Source: Paragordius varius
Taxonomy: Eukaryota; Animalia; Nematomorpha
Length of the DNA: 64,000 bases
Assembly (NCBI GenBank): GCA_964247055.1
Contig: OZ176053.1
Location: forward strand, 4,836,001-4,900,000
Direction of reading: 5' to 3'
The notes beneath the pieces are model-generated. The model did not search any database, was not told the origin of the DNA, and was given only the letters and a program-made list of their open reading frames with translations. Numbering within the stretch: position 1 is the stretch's first letter; each line of letters opens with the position of its first letter. This document shows, one piece after another, positions 1 through 13,700 of this stretch. A program made the translations under genes and the position numbers.

Positions 1-431
1 AAATTTACATCAATTTTTGTCCAAATTAAACAAGGTATGTTTTTTTTTAAAAATTATCAAAATAAGCATATATTTTAAAATGGCTATTAATAAAAAATAT
101 TAAAAAATGAATGTTTTGCACATATAAATTTTGTTGTAAAAATATTATTTTTATGGGTCGAAACATGCCCATCTATCGATAGTAACTTAAAGATATCAAA
201 TAATTTTTTACATTATGCGATTTGAGATCCGAGCATATGTCAAAAAAATATTCTTCGCTTTAAACCTTAATGTTGTTTTAACTTCTAAAAATCCGCTAAG
301 GAGTTTGTTTCTTTAATCACACATTAATACCGAAAATTATATTATAATAATTGATTTTGGTATATGTCATTTTACATCAATTATTTTTATAAAATAATTT
401 AAATATCTGATTAATTATCATTCTTTTTTAG

Positions 432-1569
432 GTTAGTTATAGTTTGGATGGACGGACATACGTAACATCTTCAAGCGATGGTGATATCCGCATTTGGGAT
501 GGAGTTAGTAATCGTTGCGTTACACTTTTCAATAAATGTCATGCTGGTCTACCTGTTGTTTCCGTTCAATTGAGCAAAAATGGCAAGGTATTTAAATAAC
601 ACTTTTTTCTATATCATATAGTCACTTTTGCATAAAAATTATGAGAATTTTGATATTTTATATGATAGAAAATGTTTATAGCATTTACTAGGAATAAACT
701 ACTGATATATTCCGATTAAATTTTAAAACTATGATGTTACCTAAAATAATTATATAGTTTTGAAATAAACTCGTATAATTTAATATGCATATAATTTATA
801 ATTGCATGAATGTTTTTAATTTGAATCTAACCAAGAAATTTTTTCTAAATTGGATAAACAAATGACTGTTTGGTCTAAATTTTAAAAATATAGACTCAAT
901 TTTACATAGCATCGTTTTTTTACACAATCGTGATAATTTAATATTAGTGTCAAATAAATAAGGCATTTTATTAATTTAAATTAAAAAAATTGTGTACAGT
1001 ATGCACTTTCAACGGGCAAAGATGGTTCAATCCGGATTTGGGAACTTGGTGTAAACCGATGTCTTATGGCATACTCAGGCATTCCTTTCATAAACGGTCC
1101 TCCCGAGGTTGGTTGTCCCGCAGTTTTCAATTATACCGAAGATTACAGTAAAACTTATTATTTTTATTACAAAACAAATACAAAATACTCAGAGCTCGGT
1201 TTCGATACCCTTTCTTAATGCTGTTTCAGAAATAATCCCTTAAATTCAAATTGAATAAAAGTTACAATATAATTTAAAAATCAGTTGAAAAATTTGAATG
1301 GACCAATCGGCGTTTAATACATCGATATTAGGAATAAGTTAAGCCCATTAATTTACCATCTTTCAAACTAATTTATAGTTTTATATCCGGACGAAAAATC
1401 ACCAAATTTATATTCGTGGGAAACGCGCACGTCAAAAATGCAACAGACCCTTCAACTTGGCCACGCAAATTTTATACGAAACATAGCTCATAGTCCTACC
1501 ACGCCTTTATTTGTAACATGTAGTGAAGATTATAGAGCTAGGTTTTGGGCTCGAAACGTAGAAATATGA
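432..1569 (+). CDS. CSTF1: Cleavage stimulation factor 50 kDa subunit (WD40); last three exons 432-587, 1000-1147, 1379-1569; 5' part lies outside the window
   Basis: Spliced translation VSYSLDGRTYVTSSSDGDIRIWDGVSNRCV...YALSTGKDGSIRIWE...AVFNYTEDY/ILYPDE...GHANFIRNIAHSPTTPLFVTCSEDYRARFW* matches the CSTF1 C-terminal WD repeats; GT-AG junction phases are consistent. Confidence 0.93.
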
Positions 1570-1785
1570 AGGATAGATATATGAAAACATAACCAACTGT
1601 ATTGTAAAAAATAATTTTTTTTGATTATCATTTTTTGTTTGAATATAAATTTATTGTAACTATCCGATATATATTAACAACATACGTAGTTTCAAGAGTC
1701 AATTGCACTATATATATTAAATAATAAAAATCGTTAAATTAAAAGTTTTCCCCAGAAACATCTCTCTATGTAAAACACAGTTTAA

Positions 1786-4700
1786 TTAATTATCATTTCC
1801 TATATTGGTGTTTGTGCTGTTTTCGTCATCATCATCATGTTGGTTGATGGTATTTGTCGTTGCATTTTCTAATCTTTCAACATTCCTACGCATGCTAGCT
1901 AACATACGGATCATAAAAGAGGCAGGTATGGTAACTATGTCTCGTGTTTCTATCAACATTTTTCGATTACGATTCAATTGACTGGCTATACGTTTTTCCT
2001 TGTCTTTTGTAGTCTCTACTGAATCACAACAAGGGGCCCAGAGTTTAACATCGTAATCGATGCCACTGGAAGCTAAAACTATTATTTTTTGGGAAAACAC
2101 CGAAATTATAACTTTGATTTTGAAACATAAGGATAAAGATTAGGTTTTGCAAAAAAAGTGATTAACAATTTTAAATTTATGTGTAAATGGTCGGTTTGAG
2201 GTGAGATCGACCATGTGACTTTTGTTTTATAAAAACTTATGTTTTAAAAGATTTTATTAATAACAACAGCTATATAAATTAAATAGGGAGCATAGTTTTA
2301 GTTACCAATTTTAAATACAACTTAAAGCGATGTTTAAAAGGGCAAATTATAAAGAGGACCTAAAAAATTTATTGCGATATATTTTGATTTTCTTAATTAT
2401 CTCTGATTAGCATTTTTAAAATTACTTAAGGCATAAAAAAACCTTGCATTATAAAATCTGGTTAAATTTTTATTAAGAGATTCTTCAAATTTTAGCTACA
2501 TTTTAATTTTTATTCGTATAAAGATCATGAATTTTTTTGTGGTAATTCTCAAAAATTTCTTACATAAATGGCAGAGATTAGGTTGTACACAGTTAACAAC
2601 ATGTTTATCAGCTTCTATGATGTTCAAAATTTTTTGAGTCTCGCGATCCCATATAAAGATGTGGCCGCAATCACTCCCAGATAAAATGTATCCATCTCCC
2701 CAAAAATTGCATTCTTTGATCTACCATTAATTTAAATCAATCAGTTTATCATTTTTGCGAAAAATATGGTAACCACAGATACAAACCAAAAAGTTGACGA
2801 TATATGAATAATAAAATTTTGAGAATAGAACTTACCATAGTTCGCGTGTTTCGATGACCCTTGTATACTTTAAGCGTTTTGTATCGAACACAAGTGGATG
2901 AACGTATGATTTGTTTGGAGGCCAAAAGTGTTTTAAGGTTAGGTTTTTTTCCCAAAATCATTGGGTCCGTATTCGTGACATGTGATTGCTCATTTTCATC
3001 TTCAGATGATGTGGATTGATGACTATTACGATTTCCATGATTGTTATTAAAAGTATCTGTATCATTTTCATGGCTTAAATAGGGAGGATCAGCCGAACTA
3101 ATCATAAAATATAAGGATATTTAGCAAGAACTGTTGAGTTAAGTTCAATCGAATTTGTTTTTATTGAAAATTAAATTTCGTATTCATCCCAAATTGGGTT
3201 GTCTTAAACCAATTATGAAATGACATCACTTTAGTTAATTAATATTATTAATCTGGCAACCATTAGAATCAAAAATTATCCAAAATGATATAATAGCAAA
3301 ACTTACCTTACCTAATTAACTAATAAATCAAAGATTTTAAATTTTATGTATATGAATTGTAAAAATTACTCAAAAAGTAATATTCGATTGCCTCCTGATG
3401 ATTGAACGGAACTTTGATTTGAATCGCCTTGATTGTCTATAAAAGTTAAGAAATAAGTAAAAAATTAATTGTAAATAATTTATTATGCGCACATAATAGA
3501 CCAATATATATATATATATATATATATGGATTTAACAGTTTTTTAATGAAGATTAAAGCCTTTATTTGGATAAAATTACTAAAGTTTCTATATAATGTAT
3601 ATAAAAATGTATTAAATTTGTAAATTATCAAAACGATTCAAACTATTTTTTAAGTATTATCACTTTATTACCTTTTTAAATAAAAATACCTATAGCCAAA
3701 TATAAATGGCATTTATATGAAACTAAAAATATTGTTAAAACCCTTATTTAAACTTTTTAACGCCAAGTATTTTTTTTGGTAACTGTTAAATCGCTAATAA
3801 TGGCAATAAAAATAAATAATTAAAAATAATTTTTGGAGTGCATTTAATTTGGCGGCAAAATTCGGTCTTCTATATTTTATCTTTCGTAATACTTTAGAGC
3901 TTTTATTTAACCATAACTTAAAGTATTTTTTTCGTATAGACTGGTATATATTTTAAGGTGTTTTAATTATTTGATTCTCCAAAAAAGGATTTTTTTGATT
4001 AATGTATTTGCCTTTTTAAGAATTTTTCATTTTAATTAAAAATAAAATCTGCGGTCAGGAACACATAAATAATTTATTAGGTGCATATAAATATCTAAAA
4101 TAAATTAAACCATGTGAATATCAGTTTATGTTGTATGGTGATTATATTTATATATTTATATATATATATTATATATATATATATATAAGGAGACTTTAAA
4201 ATCATGCAAATGATATTAAAATTAGATATTTTATAATTGGCGTTCACATTCAACACTTAATAAATGTTTTATGGTTTGAATGTGTACATAAGCAAGTGTA
4301 TTTCTATTATAATGACACCTTTGTTCACTTTTTAATATAATGATTCTCAAAATATACTCAAACACTTGTATCTTTAACAATAATTTCCAAATCTATAAAA
4401 AAATGCACAGAGCATAATTAAGTAATTAAAAATATTATTGACCAAACAATAAAGTTAAATACAAATATAATAATAACCATATACAATAATTATGAGCACA
4501 ACTGATTATAAACATTATAGTATATAGAAAATTGATTAATGAACATAATATCAATCAAAATATCTCTAAAATAGTGTAAAGGCTTGTTTCAATCGGTTCC
4601 CAAATTTTTTGCACAAACTTGCAGCCTTGAGTTTCAGTAGATTTATGAATGCAAAACATAGAATGGCATTCGATGCAAAAAGTAGGAGAAGTCCGTAAGA

Positions 4701-7700
4701 AAACATGTAAGAACCAACCAAGGCTGTTGTGTTAAGGCTAATGGATGGTGGTGGCTTCAGAGTTGTTACCGTAAAGCATACAGTAACAAACAAGTACATA
4801 AAAAAGACGGTAAGTGAATATCGCAATATATCACGTTCACGACGTTTTTTGGAAACGGTTATTTTGGCACACGTATTATTATTATTATTGTTGTTTTGAG
4901 GATTAACTGCATTATTATTAATTAAACTTTTATCGCCATGCGAAACGGTAAGAATTGGGGCAACTACACTAACCGATATAGAGTAGACTAGATTATCATT
5001 TTTGTAGTTGGTTGCATCTGTTTTTGTAGTAAGATCATCTATTTTCTCATCCGCTTGTGATCCATCATATTTTTCACCCAACTTTTTATTTATTACATTT
5101 TTATCTTTATTTCGCTGTTTATGACAAGCTGTACTCAGAGTTTGCCCAGGTATATTAAGAAAATTGTTATTATGGTTGTTAAAAGATTGAAGCTGCTTGT
5201 TATTGTTTTTGGTGTGTTGGGGATCACCTTTTTGATTATCTTTCAAACATAAATCCTCATTGCTATTAACGTAATTAATTTGTGTTTTTTTCTTACCTCC
5301 AATATTTTGTAACGTATGTACTAATAACTTTGCTAGTACATTGCCTATTTTGAGTAAAATCTTGAATGCAAAATTGTTATGAGTACAACACGTTTTGACA
5401 GGAGCATTCATTTTAAGATGGGTGTTATCATCAAAATTATTATTATTATGGCTCGTCTCATTAATCATGTAATTGTATTGAGAATGTAATATATTGTGAT
5501 GGTTGTTTAATTCAGATATTTGAGTCGGTACTTCCCTTGTGGGTTTTTGTGAAATACCACCTGCTTCCCCAGTCTTTTCATTGACTCGAACACCTTTTCG
5601 TTTTATGTAAATGATTATACATATGTAACATATGAGCGTTGCCGATATATTTAGGTATTGCCACACAATATGAGCCGTAAATATTGGCGGTCGAAAACCC
5701 TGATAATCTATGTAACATGCATACAAGAACGAGGCAAAAACTCCCTTGCTTGCAGTTAATTGAATAGCTCGAACTGCTACAGAAAGAAACCATACCCCCA
5801 AGATAATGAAGTAAGTTAATTTGGTACAAGATGCCGTTGAAATACGAATTGACATACTGTTGCGTCCTTTTTGTGGTCTCTGTTGTTGATTAGATTTTAT
5901 GTTAATGCAACATTGCAAGCGTTGCCATAATTCTGATGAAGCAAATCCAAAAGGGAAACAAACTATAAGACAACGATCGACGGCAAGTAAAAGCATATGG
6001 ATTGAATGAGAAAGGAAAAATATTTCGTTAAACCAAGTCATAATGGAGCATGTAAGATCCATGTGTGCCCTTCCTTTGGGCCCTGGGGCAAAAATGTGAT
6101 AAGCATATGCAAACAACAAATAATTTGTCGTGTAACAAATGGCACCAAACATATCACAAATCGTGAGACTTAAAATCAGGATGTATGGTGATAGTTTCCT
6201 TAATGCCGGACTATTGATAATGACCAGGGCTAGGAAAAGGTTAGCCAGTGAACCAACTAATGTACTCAACAAAAGTAATTGACAAAATAAATGACGATCT
6301 AAACTAGTGTCGGGAATGTTGAATTGAACAACCGAAGTGCCAATATGATTTGAGCTGGTGTTATTAGAGGATAGATTAAAAGTCATAATCAAATTGTGAA
6401 TGGACATAGGGGAAAAAAGAGCTAATATTTTACAATTGGATGAGTTTATCGTTCGATTATAATTGGATAAAACATTTTAGATGCAAAAATATAATATATT
6501 AATGAATACTGTTTTCTCAATCCATTTGATATAATGATCAATGGAATGGAAAGAAAAGATCTTTAAAACACAATATAAATATTTAATAGATTTTACATTA
6601 ATATAAATACATTTTGAACGAAAAATTACTGTTTATAATAATATAAACTATGCATATAAATAATTTATAAATTTTAATACAATTTCATTCTCATAGATAG
6701 TCAAGTCAAATATTACATAAAAAAGAATTTATTTATTTGAATGGAATTTAATATTTAACTTTATACACCATTCATTTTCTAAAAAATCAAAATATTTATC
6801 GACAAGCCAAGTTAATATTGTAATAAAACCATTTTTATTAATATGAAATTATTTTAATTAAATAAATGGACAGAAAGATAGAGATTCATATCTAATTTTA
6901 TTGTAAAACATTGTTAATGAATTAAAATTTTGTTTTATAATAATATTGTAGCTATAGTTATCATATATGTATGTTTCCATCAGCTATTCAATATGATCCG
7001 TTAAAAATCAAATCCATTCATTAAATTTGACATTTAAATTCAAATATTTCTTTCTCTATATACTATTAAATAGCCTTAGTTCAACATTTTTACATTATAT
7101 ATTTTGTTTTCAATGGTGAAGATAAAAATGTTGTTAATTAAAATTCATTGTATGAACGCAATTTTAAATAGCGCTGGTCATTGTCAAAAAAAATTTCAGG
7201 CAATGATCTTATGTTTGAATCAAAATAGTTTATTACGATCACTTGGATAAAAAGACATACAATTATTTGACACCTAATAGATACAAAAAAACATTTTAGT
7301 AAGGCACACTGTATTTATGATTAGAGATAATTTTTGAAATGCTTTTGTTGTTGATAAGATGGCACCAAAAAAGCGGTCCTATGTAATTTTAATTCATTCA
7401 AAGATATTTTTTATTAAAAGATTTCCTATGTTTTAGACGTGAGAATAGATATAAATTAATAAAAAATAGAGATTAATGTGTTGTGATAATTTTTATTAAC
7501 AGATTTGACAATAAAATTTTACGAGATCCGGATATATAAAAAATATTTTTTCATATATATCAAATAAAGAGGTATCCATAACTTTATATGTATAATCATA
7601 AACCTCATTTTTGGTTTTATTGCAATGTGTGAAAACACTTCCTCACATAGCTCAATTTATAATAAAGCTAAAAAAAATATTTCCGACTAGGTATACTAAT

Positions 7701-10700
7701 TTAACCTCTAAAAATATATGAAATCATTGCATAAACCAAAGTAATAATCAATTTAAAAAAACGCAAAAAATACTTCTAGATGTAGCCAATTGTCTGGCTT
7801 CCACCAATCTGGTAAGCATCTCCGTCATTTGCCCCATAAGAATGCGTGTTAAGCGATTCTGCCTTGGATTTCTTGCATTCGTACTATTACTGTGGCTAGG
7901 GTTATTTGGTTGATCATTTGACTCCGTGTTTGTATTTATATTTGGAGAAATATTAAGAGCTTGATGTTCTGGTAAAGTGTTGTTGTTCGAACTTTCTTCT
8001 GTTCGGTTTTGTAGGTAAAAATTGTCAGTATTATTGCACATCATATTTATACTTGTGTTTTGTTGGGAAATAGAGGGCAGCTCATCACTAATATTCTGTG
8101 TACAATTATCCGTTTGAGGTTTATCTTTTACATGTTCTGTAGGAATAATGGTAGTAGAAGATTGAGAACTAGAGACAGATGAATCATCCGATAAGGGATA
8201 ACATGAAGGGCCAGTATCAGACCAATCACCACGTAGCCTTATTTGTGATGGGTGAAAACTAAAATGTTTTGTATTGTTGTTGATGCTATGACTTTTTTTA
8301 TCATTATGGGTATTAATCCTACTATTTGCTTTCTGTCCATCTTCCAGCTAACATAAATTTATATTATTTATATATTCTGTTACAAAAACACTTGTTGCAA
8401 TGTGTTTAACTAACTATATATCCATTATTATCAATTAATTAAGAGAATTTCAAAAATTATACTTATTTTAACTATGTTAGATCCAATATCTGTGGGCCTT
8501 AAATATACTAAATGTTTTAAAGAACTCACATAGCAAAATTTGGAATATTTCATTATTTCTTCAAATTCTCTGTTTTAAATATATATTTTGCATAACTTGC
8601 TATATATATAATTGTTATTAAAAGTAACCATTTTGCATGATTATGCTTTAGAAAAATATTACTTAATCATGTAACTATCTTGACATATTGTTATAGAGAT
8701 GTATAAATAATTATTTTTGATCAGTATAAATTTAAAAAGGAGTTTGAGATGAAGAATTTATGCTCGCTGCAAAATTCTATGAGGCGGACGCCTCTATCGT
8801 TTTTGATTCCCAGTCCTTTCCCATTAGTGATTTGGTGTGTATTATCATTGCCTACTATCGCGTTAAAGTCGCCCAATACAAATATTATGTCTTTTTGGGA
8901 ACTTTTTTAATAGCTGAGCTGAGGGCTTCGTAAAATTGTTCGGAGTCTTCTTCGTTGTTAGAGTTAGTAGGGGCATAGATTTGGGATATCGTTATTGGTT
9001 GTGGAGACGAGTTCAATCGAAGTGATATTATGCGATCGCTGTGTGGGTGGTGAATTTCAGATGAGTTGGCAAGTGATTTGGTCACTATTAGGGCTACTCC
9101 GTTTCGTTTAAGGGTATCATGACCTGAGTATAATAGGATGTGATTTTCATATTCTATGTGACCGTTTAATGGGATGTGGGATTCTGCTATCCTAAATACA
9201 CTGATGTCGAGTTTCACCATTTCTTTTATAATAACTTTGATTTTGTTGGTGGTGCCGCGTGAATTCCATGTACCAATACGTAAAGACAAATCGCTGGAGT
9301 TAATTTTATTCGAAACAGGCATTGTCTGAATTTGATTGGTTTAGATTATGTGGAAGATGAGGGAGGGTGTGTTAGCGATGGATAAGTTTGTGATGAAGGA
9401 TATGAGGAACACAAATGATTTGTCTTTTGGATGATGAATGATATTTTATAGGTAATTGGATAAAGATATTGTTAAAAAGGATAATTTATGGATAATCAAT
9501 TTTTAGTTTAAATAAATATGATTTTCTTGAAAATGATGATGTGATGGGAATCAGATAAAAGTAGGTGAAATGGTTGGTAAATGCTCTTCTAATGCGTTGG
9601 TAAATGCTTTCATTAAAACTGTCGAAAAAAGAAAAAAATATATCTTCAAAAATAATTGGTACTTCTTCAGGAGGGTAGGCATACCAAGCCTTTCCAACCG
9701 CCTTCTTTACCATATATTGTTACGAATATATAGAGGCGACCGCTTCATAGAATTTTGCAGCGAACATAAATTCTTCATCTCAAACTCCTTTTTCCAACAA
9801 CCTAAGAGAAGGCTATACACATGGACCTCACCTTGCAAGAGGCACAGAAACCAAATCGACTTTATTCTCGGTATACAAAAATATAAATCTTCATTTAAGA
9901 ACGTAAAAACCTACTATGGTTCCGTCTGTTATTCTGATCATAACCTCCTTGTAGCTAAACTTAAAATTAAACTAGTACTCTCACGCAAACCAAAATTTCA
10001 GCATAAACCTAAATCAGATTTTTCTGCGATCTCTCCCGAGTTTCCTTTGTTACTTGAAAACAGATTTAAAACACTCGAAATTGATGATGACACTGAAAAT
10101 CTTTGGAAAACAATACAAAATATCACTATAACTACAGCCAAAGAATGCATCCCTATCCAAAAATCCCATCATAACAAAATTAAGCTATCACAAAAAGGTT
10201 TCCTACTAGCGGACAAACGGCGCCAAGCAAAACGCAATAATAATACGGCAGAGTACAAATTATTTAACGCAGAGTTCCAAAAAAGCGCTCTGGACGACAA
10301 AAATGATCATTACAATCAGCGGTGCCCAAAGTAGAAAACGCTGCTAGATATAACAACAACTACTTTGCTGAAGTAGATCACATTGTACTAAGTAGGTCTA
10401 AAAGCTATAAAGGCCCAATGAGAAAGGAAGATGGAGATATCATTACAGACGAAAAAACACTGGTGGAAATGTATTAAAACTATACGGCACCAGCCTATCA
10501 AACGCCGAATAACAGTAATATCTATCAACATGACCCGCAGATCATCAAAGAAGAAGTTGAATAAGCGCTCGACCATTCCCCAAACAACAAATCTGAGGGG
10601 TACAACGATATCCCAACCAAACTCATTCATTTTATCCCAATTCATATACTGACTGATTTATTCCAAAAGATACTTGGTCACGCCTCATTCCCCCAAGATT

Positions 10701-13700
10701 GGTGCAAATCAATACTCATTCCCATCTTGAAAAAAGGCGATTAAATCATTTAATACCTATAGAACAATAGCGCTAATCAACCAAGCCTCAAAAGTTTTTC
10801 CCAAAATAATTCACAGGCGTAACCAATGCATAATTGAAGCCGTCTTTCTAACAACCATGGGGAATTTAGAACCAATCGCGGATGCAGGGACATGATTACC
10901 AATATACGCTGGATATTTGAAAAACAAATCAAATTTCAAAGTGAATATCTGCTTCATTTATTTTTCAAAAGCCTTCGACAGCGTGAAGCACGACACGCTG
11001 TGGAAGGCACTATCTAAGATTTCAGATCATATAAACATCATCAAATCCCTTTACTACAATTCATCATTAACCATAAAAACCCCACACGGCACAAGTAATT
11101 GGATACGAATGAACAATGGTTTACGACAAGGATGCGTCCTTTCACCAACTCTTTTTAACGTCTGCATAGAAATCGTATTAAGAAATATAGATAAAGCTAA
11201 TGGCATAAGCAACGCCGGCAATATCTAATCACTTCACTATGCAGACACTATACTGCTGCAGTGGACAACCTAAAAAAACTCTTAACAGAATTTTCAATTG
11301 AATGTCAAAAATTCGGTCTGACGATCAACTACAAAAAAACTAAAATTATGAATATAAGCTCAGAATCATTACAATTTCTGCTTTAACAACCAAAAAATCG
11401 AAGTAGTCTCCCAATACACTTATTTAGGCAGTCTTATAAATATGACTAACAACAGCACTCTCGACATCAGAACAAGAATAGGAAACGCTAAAGCAAAAAT
11501 GATAAAATATAATAAACTATGGTCGTCACACGACATCAAGCTCAAAACGAAAATCCGATTAGTTATATCCCTAATCCTCCTAGTATGCTATACGCGTGAG
11601 AAAGTTAGACAATAAAAAAGGATGACGAAAGATACATTAACGCCTTCGAAATGTGGTGCTGGCGGAAGATACTACAAATCACCTCGAAAGACAAAATGAA
11701 GAACACGTAATCCTTGACAAAATAAATTCCGAGATACACCTGATCGGCATGTGCCTCAAAATGAAATAATCATACTTTGGTCACATTACCAGAACTAATG
11801 ACTTGGAATCCAACTAATGACAGAGGTCGAGGATCAAGGAAACGTGGACGCTGCAAAATGCGCTCGATCGAAAACCTAACCAAAGAAACCAATCTTTCTT
11901 TACAACAGCTAACAGCACTCGCTTCCAATCGAATAAACTGGAGAAAATATACCTTCGAAAAAGCAATAAATCGACAACGATCTTTGCTCCAATAATAATA
12001 AATTTAATATTCAAACCTCTAAGCAAAATTATAAAGATTAACACAAAAAACCGTTTTATATTTATCGCTTAAATTACTCTTCTAAAATGTTATGGAACAA
12101 ATAACACACCCTTATAACATATACATGGCATTATTTCTTCAATCTTGTGTGATCGTGGATTTAAGCAGAAATTCCAAAAATTTATATTCAAAATATATCC
12201 TATCAAAAAAATGTTTTAATTCAATCTAATGATTATCTGTATGTATAAATGAATAGTTTATTATTTCAAACGATATAAAAATATCTCAGAACCCTTATAT
12301 ACATTTATTTAGCAAACAAAAATAGAAATTTAGGGTTATTTATGATTAGTAAAAAAGATTTTTGTCAAGCAAATTAAACCTAAACAGATTTTAACGCTAG
12401 GAAAGGCTCTTACATGATTTAGAAGGTCTTAACATAAAATTATTTAATTATAGAAATATCATACGACAAAAAAATTGAGAAAAAATATTTATATAAAATG
12501 TTTAGCAGAAAAAATAATTTCGATTTTTCACAAAAAAGATATATTAACGTTTTAAAACAATATAAATATCAATTAATATTATTCAGTTGGCTAACGATTT
12601 CAGAAAACAAAAAAATAATAATGTACATAAAAATTAAAACCTCATTTGCAATGGATGGTTCATCTTCCAAATCATCAGTAATCTAAAAAAATACAATTTA
12701 TAATGATATCGGTAGAAGGGGAGGGTAGAAAAATCTAGAAGGCGCGAAAATTTTGGAAATATCGAATCAATAATAAAACCAGAAACAAATTGAGGGTTAA
12801 TAAGGATCTCGGGTGCAAATAATCAAGATTTGTCTCCGATATAGAAATTAATATTATATATGGAAGATACTTTGCATCATTAAACGGGAATAAAAATTTG
12901 TAAAAGAATTTTGATTATAAAATAACAACGTTGTATAAATAGTATCACGATTTGTTTCATCCAATTATTAAAATTTACATTTTGAATATGTTTCCATATT
13001 TGTTACTAAGTAAACGAGTGTTAATTCATCAATCCACATTAACAACCTTTAATCTGTAATTTTTATTTGAAAACCATACAATAATCAAATCACCGACTTC
13101 AAGCTCATAAATAAGGTATAAAGTTAGATGCATATTTTATATAACGTATTTATGCGTATTGACAACAGTTAGATGCATATTTTATATAACGTATTTATGC
13201 GTATTGACAACGAACAAAGATGTATAATTTTTAAAAAATATAAACCGCCTCATCCAAATTAAAAAGGTGAATGGCATCTTCGCTATAACTGACTAATACG
13301 TCTTGCCGACTGGAATCATAAGCAAGGGAAGTTATGCGATTATTGTGATGACCATAATAGTTATCTCCGGTACCATTATTGATTTTATCTTCATCGTTTG
13401 CCAACTCTGGCATATAAAAACCAAACATTCCAGATAAACTGGACGAAAAAACGGAATCTAAAACAAAAAAAAGAATTAAAAAAACCAGACGTAAAAACTA
13501 AAGGACAAATATTTGATGGCCGTACTTTTTTTAATTTTTATAATGCCTATCGTTTTGTATAATATAAAAAAATAGAGAAGTAATATGGTAAGATACCCCA
13601 TTTTACATTTGTAATTATTTAGCTATATATAAAAAGTTTAAAAAAGTATAGCAGCTTTATAAAAAAAATTTGCCTTTGTCTTTATGATTTTGCTTCATGG

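Noticed and set aside
5578-5829. Small alternative-frame or antisense ORFs in the track (e.g. 5578-5829, 10388-10645, 27250-27468, 34654-34851, 45701-45922, 57060-57485)
   Set aside because: They are shadows of real genes or TEs, or AT-rich chance ORFs with no recognisable motif.
4566-6407. GPCR as an opsin
   Set aside because: There is no Lys at the retinal-binding position 7.43 (Leu instead).
9640-9715. Possible hammerhead ribozyme in the RTE 5' region (GAAA-ggc..gcc-TA...CTGAAGA on the minus strand)
   Set aside because: Stem III forms, but stem I (ccctc) cannot fold and stem II does not pair next to the core.
12990-13140. Short minus-strand frame [24 protein letters not shown], reminiscent of UFD1-like beta-barrels
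   Set aside because: Only ~36 codons, flanked by stops, with no supportable exon chain.
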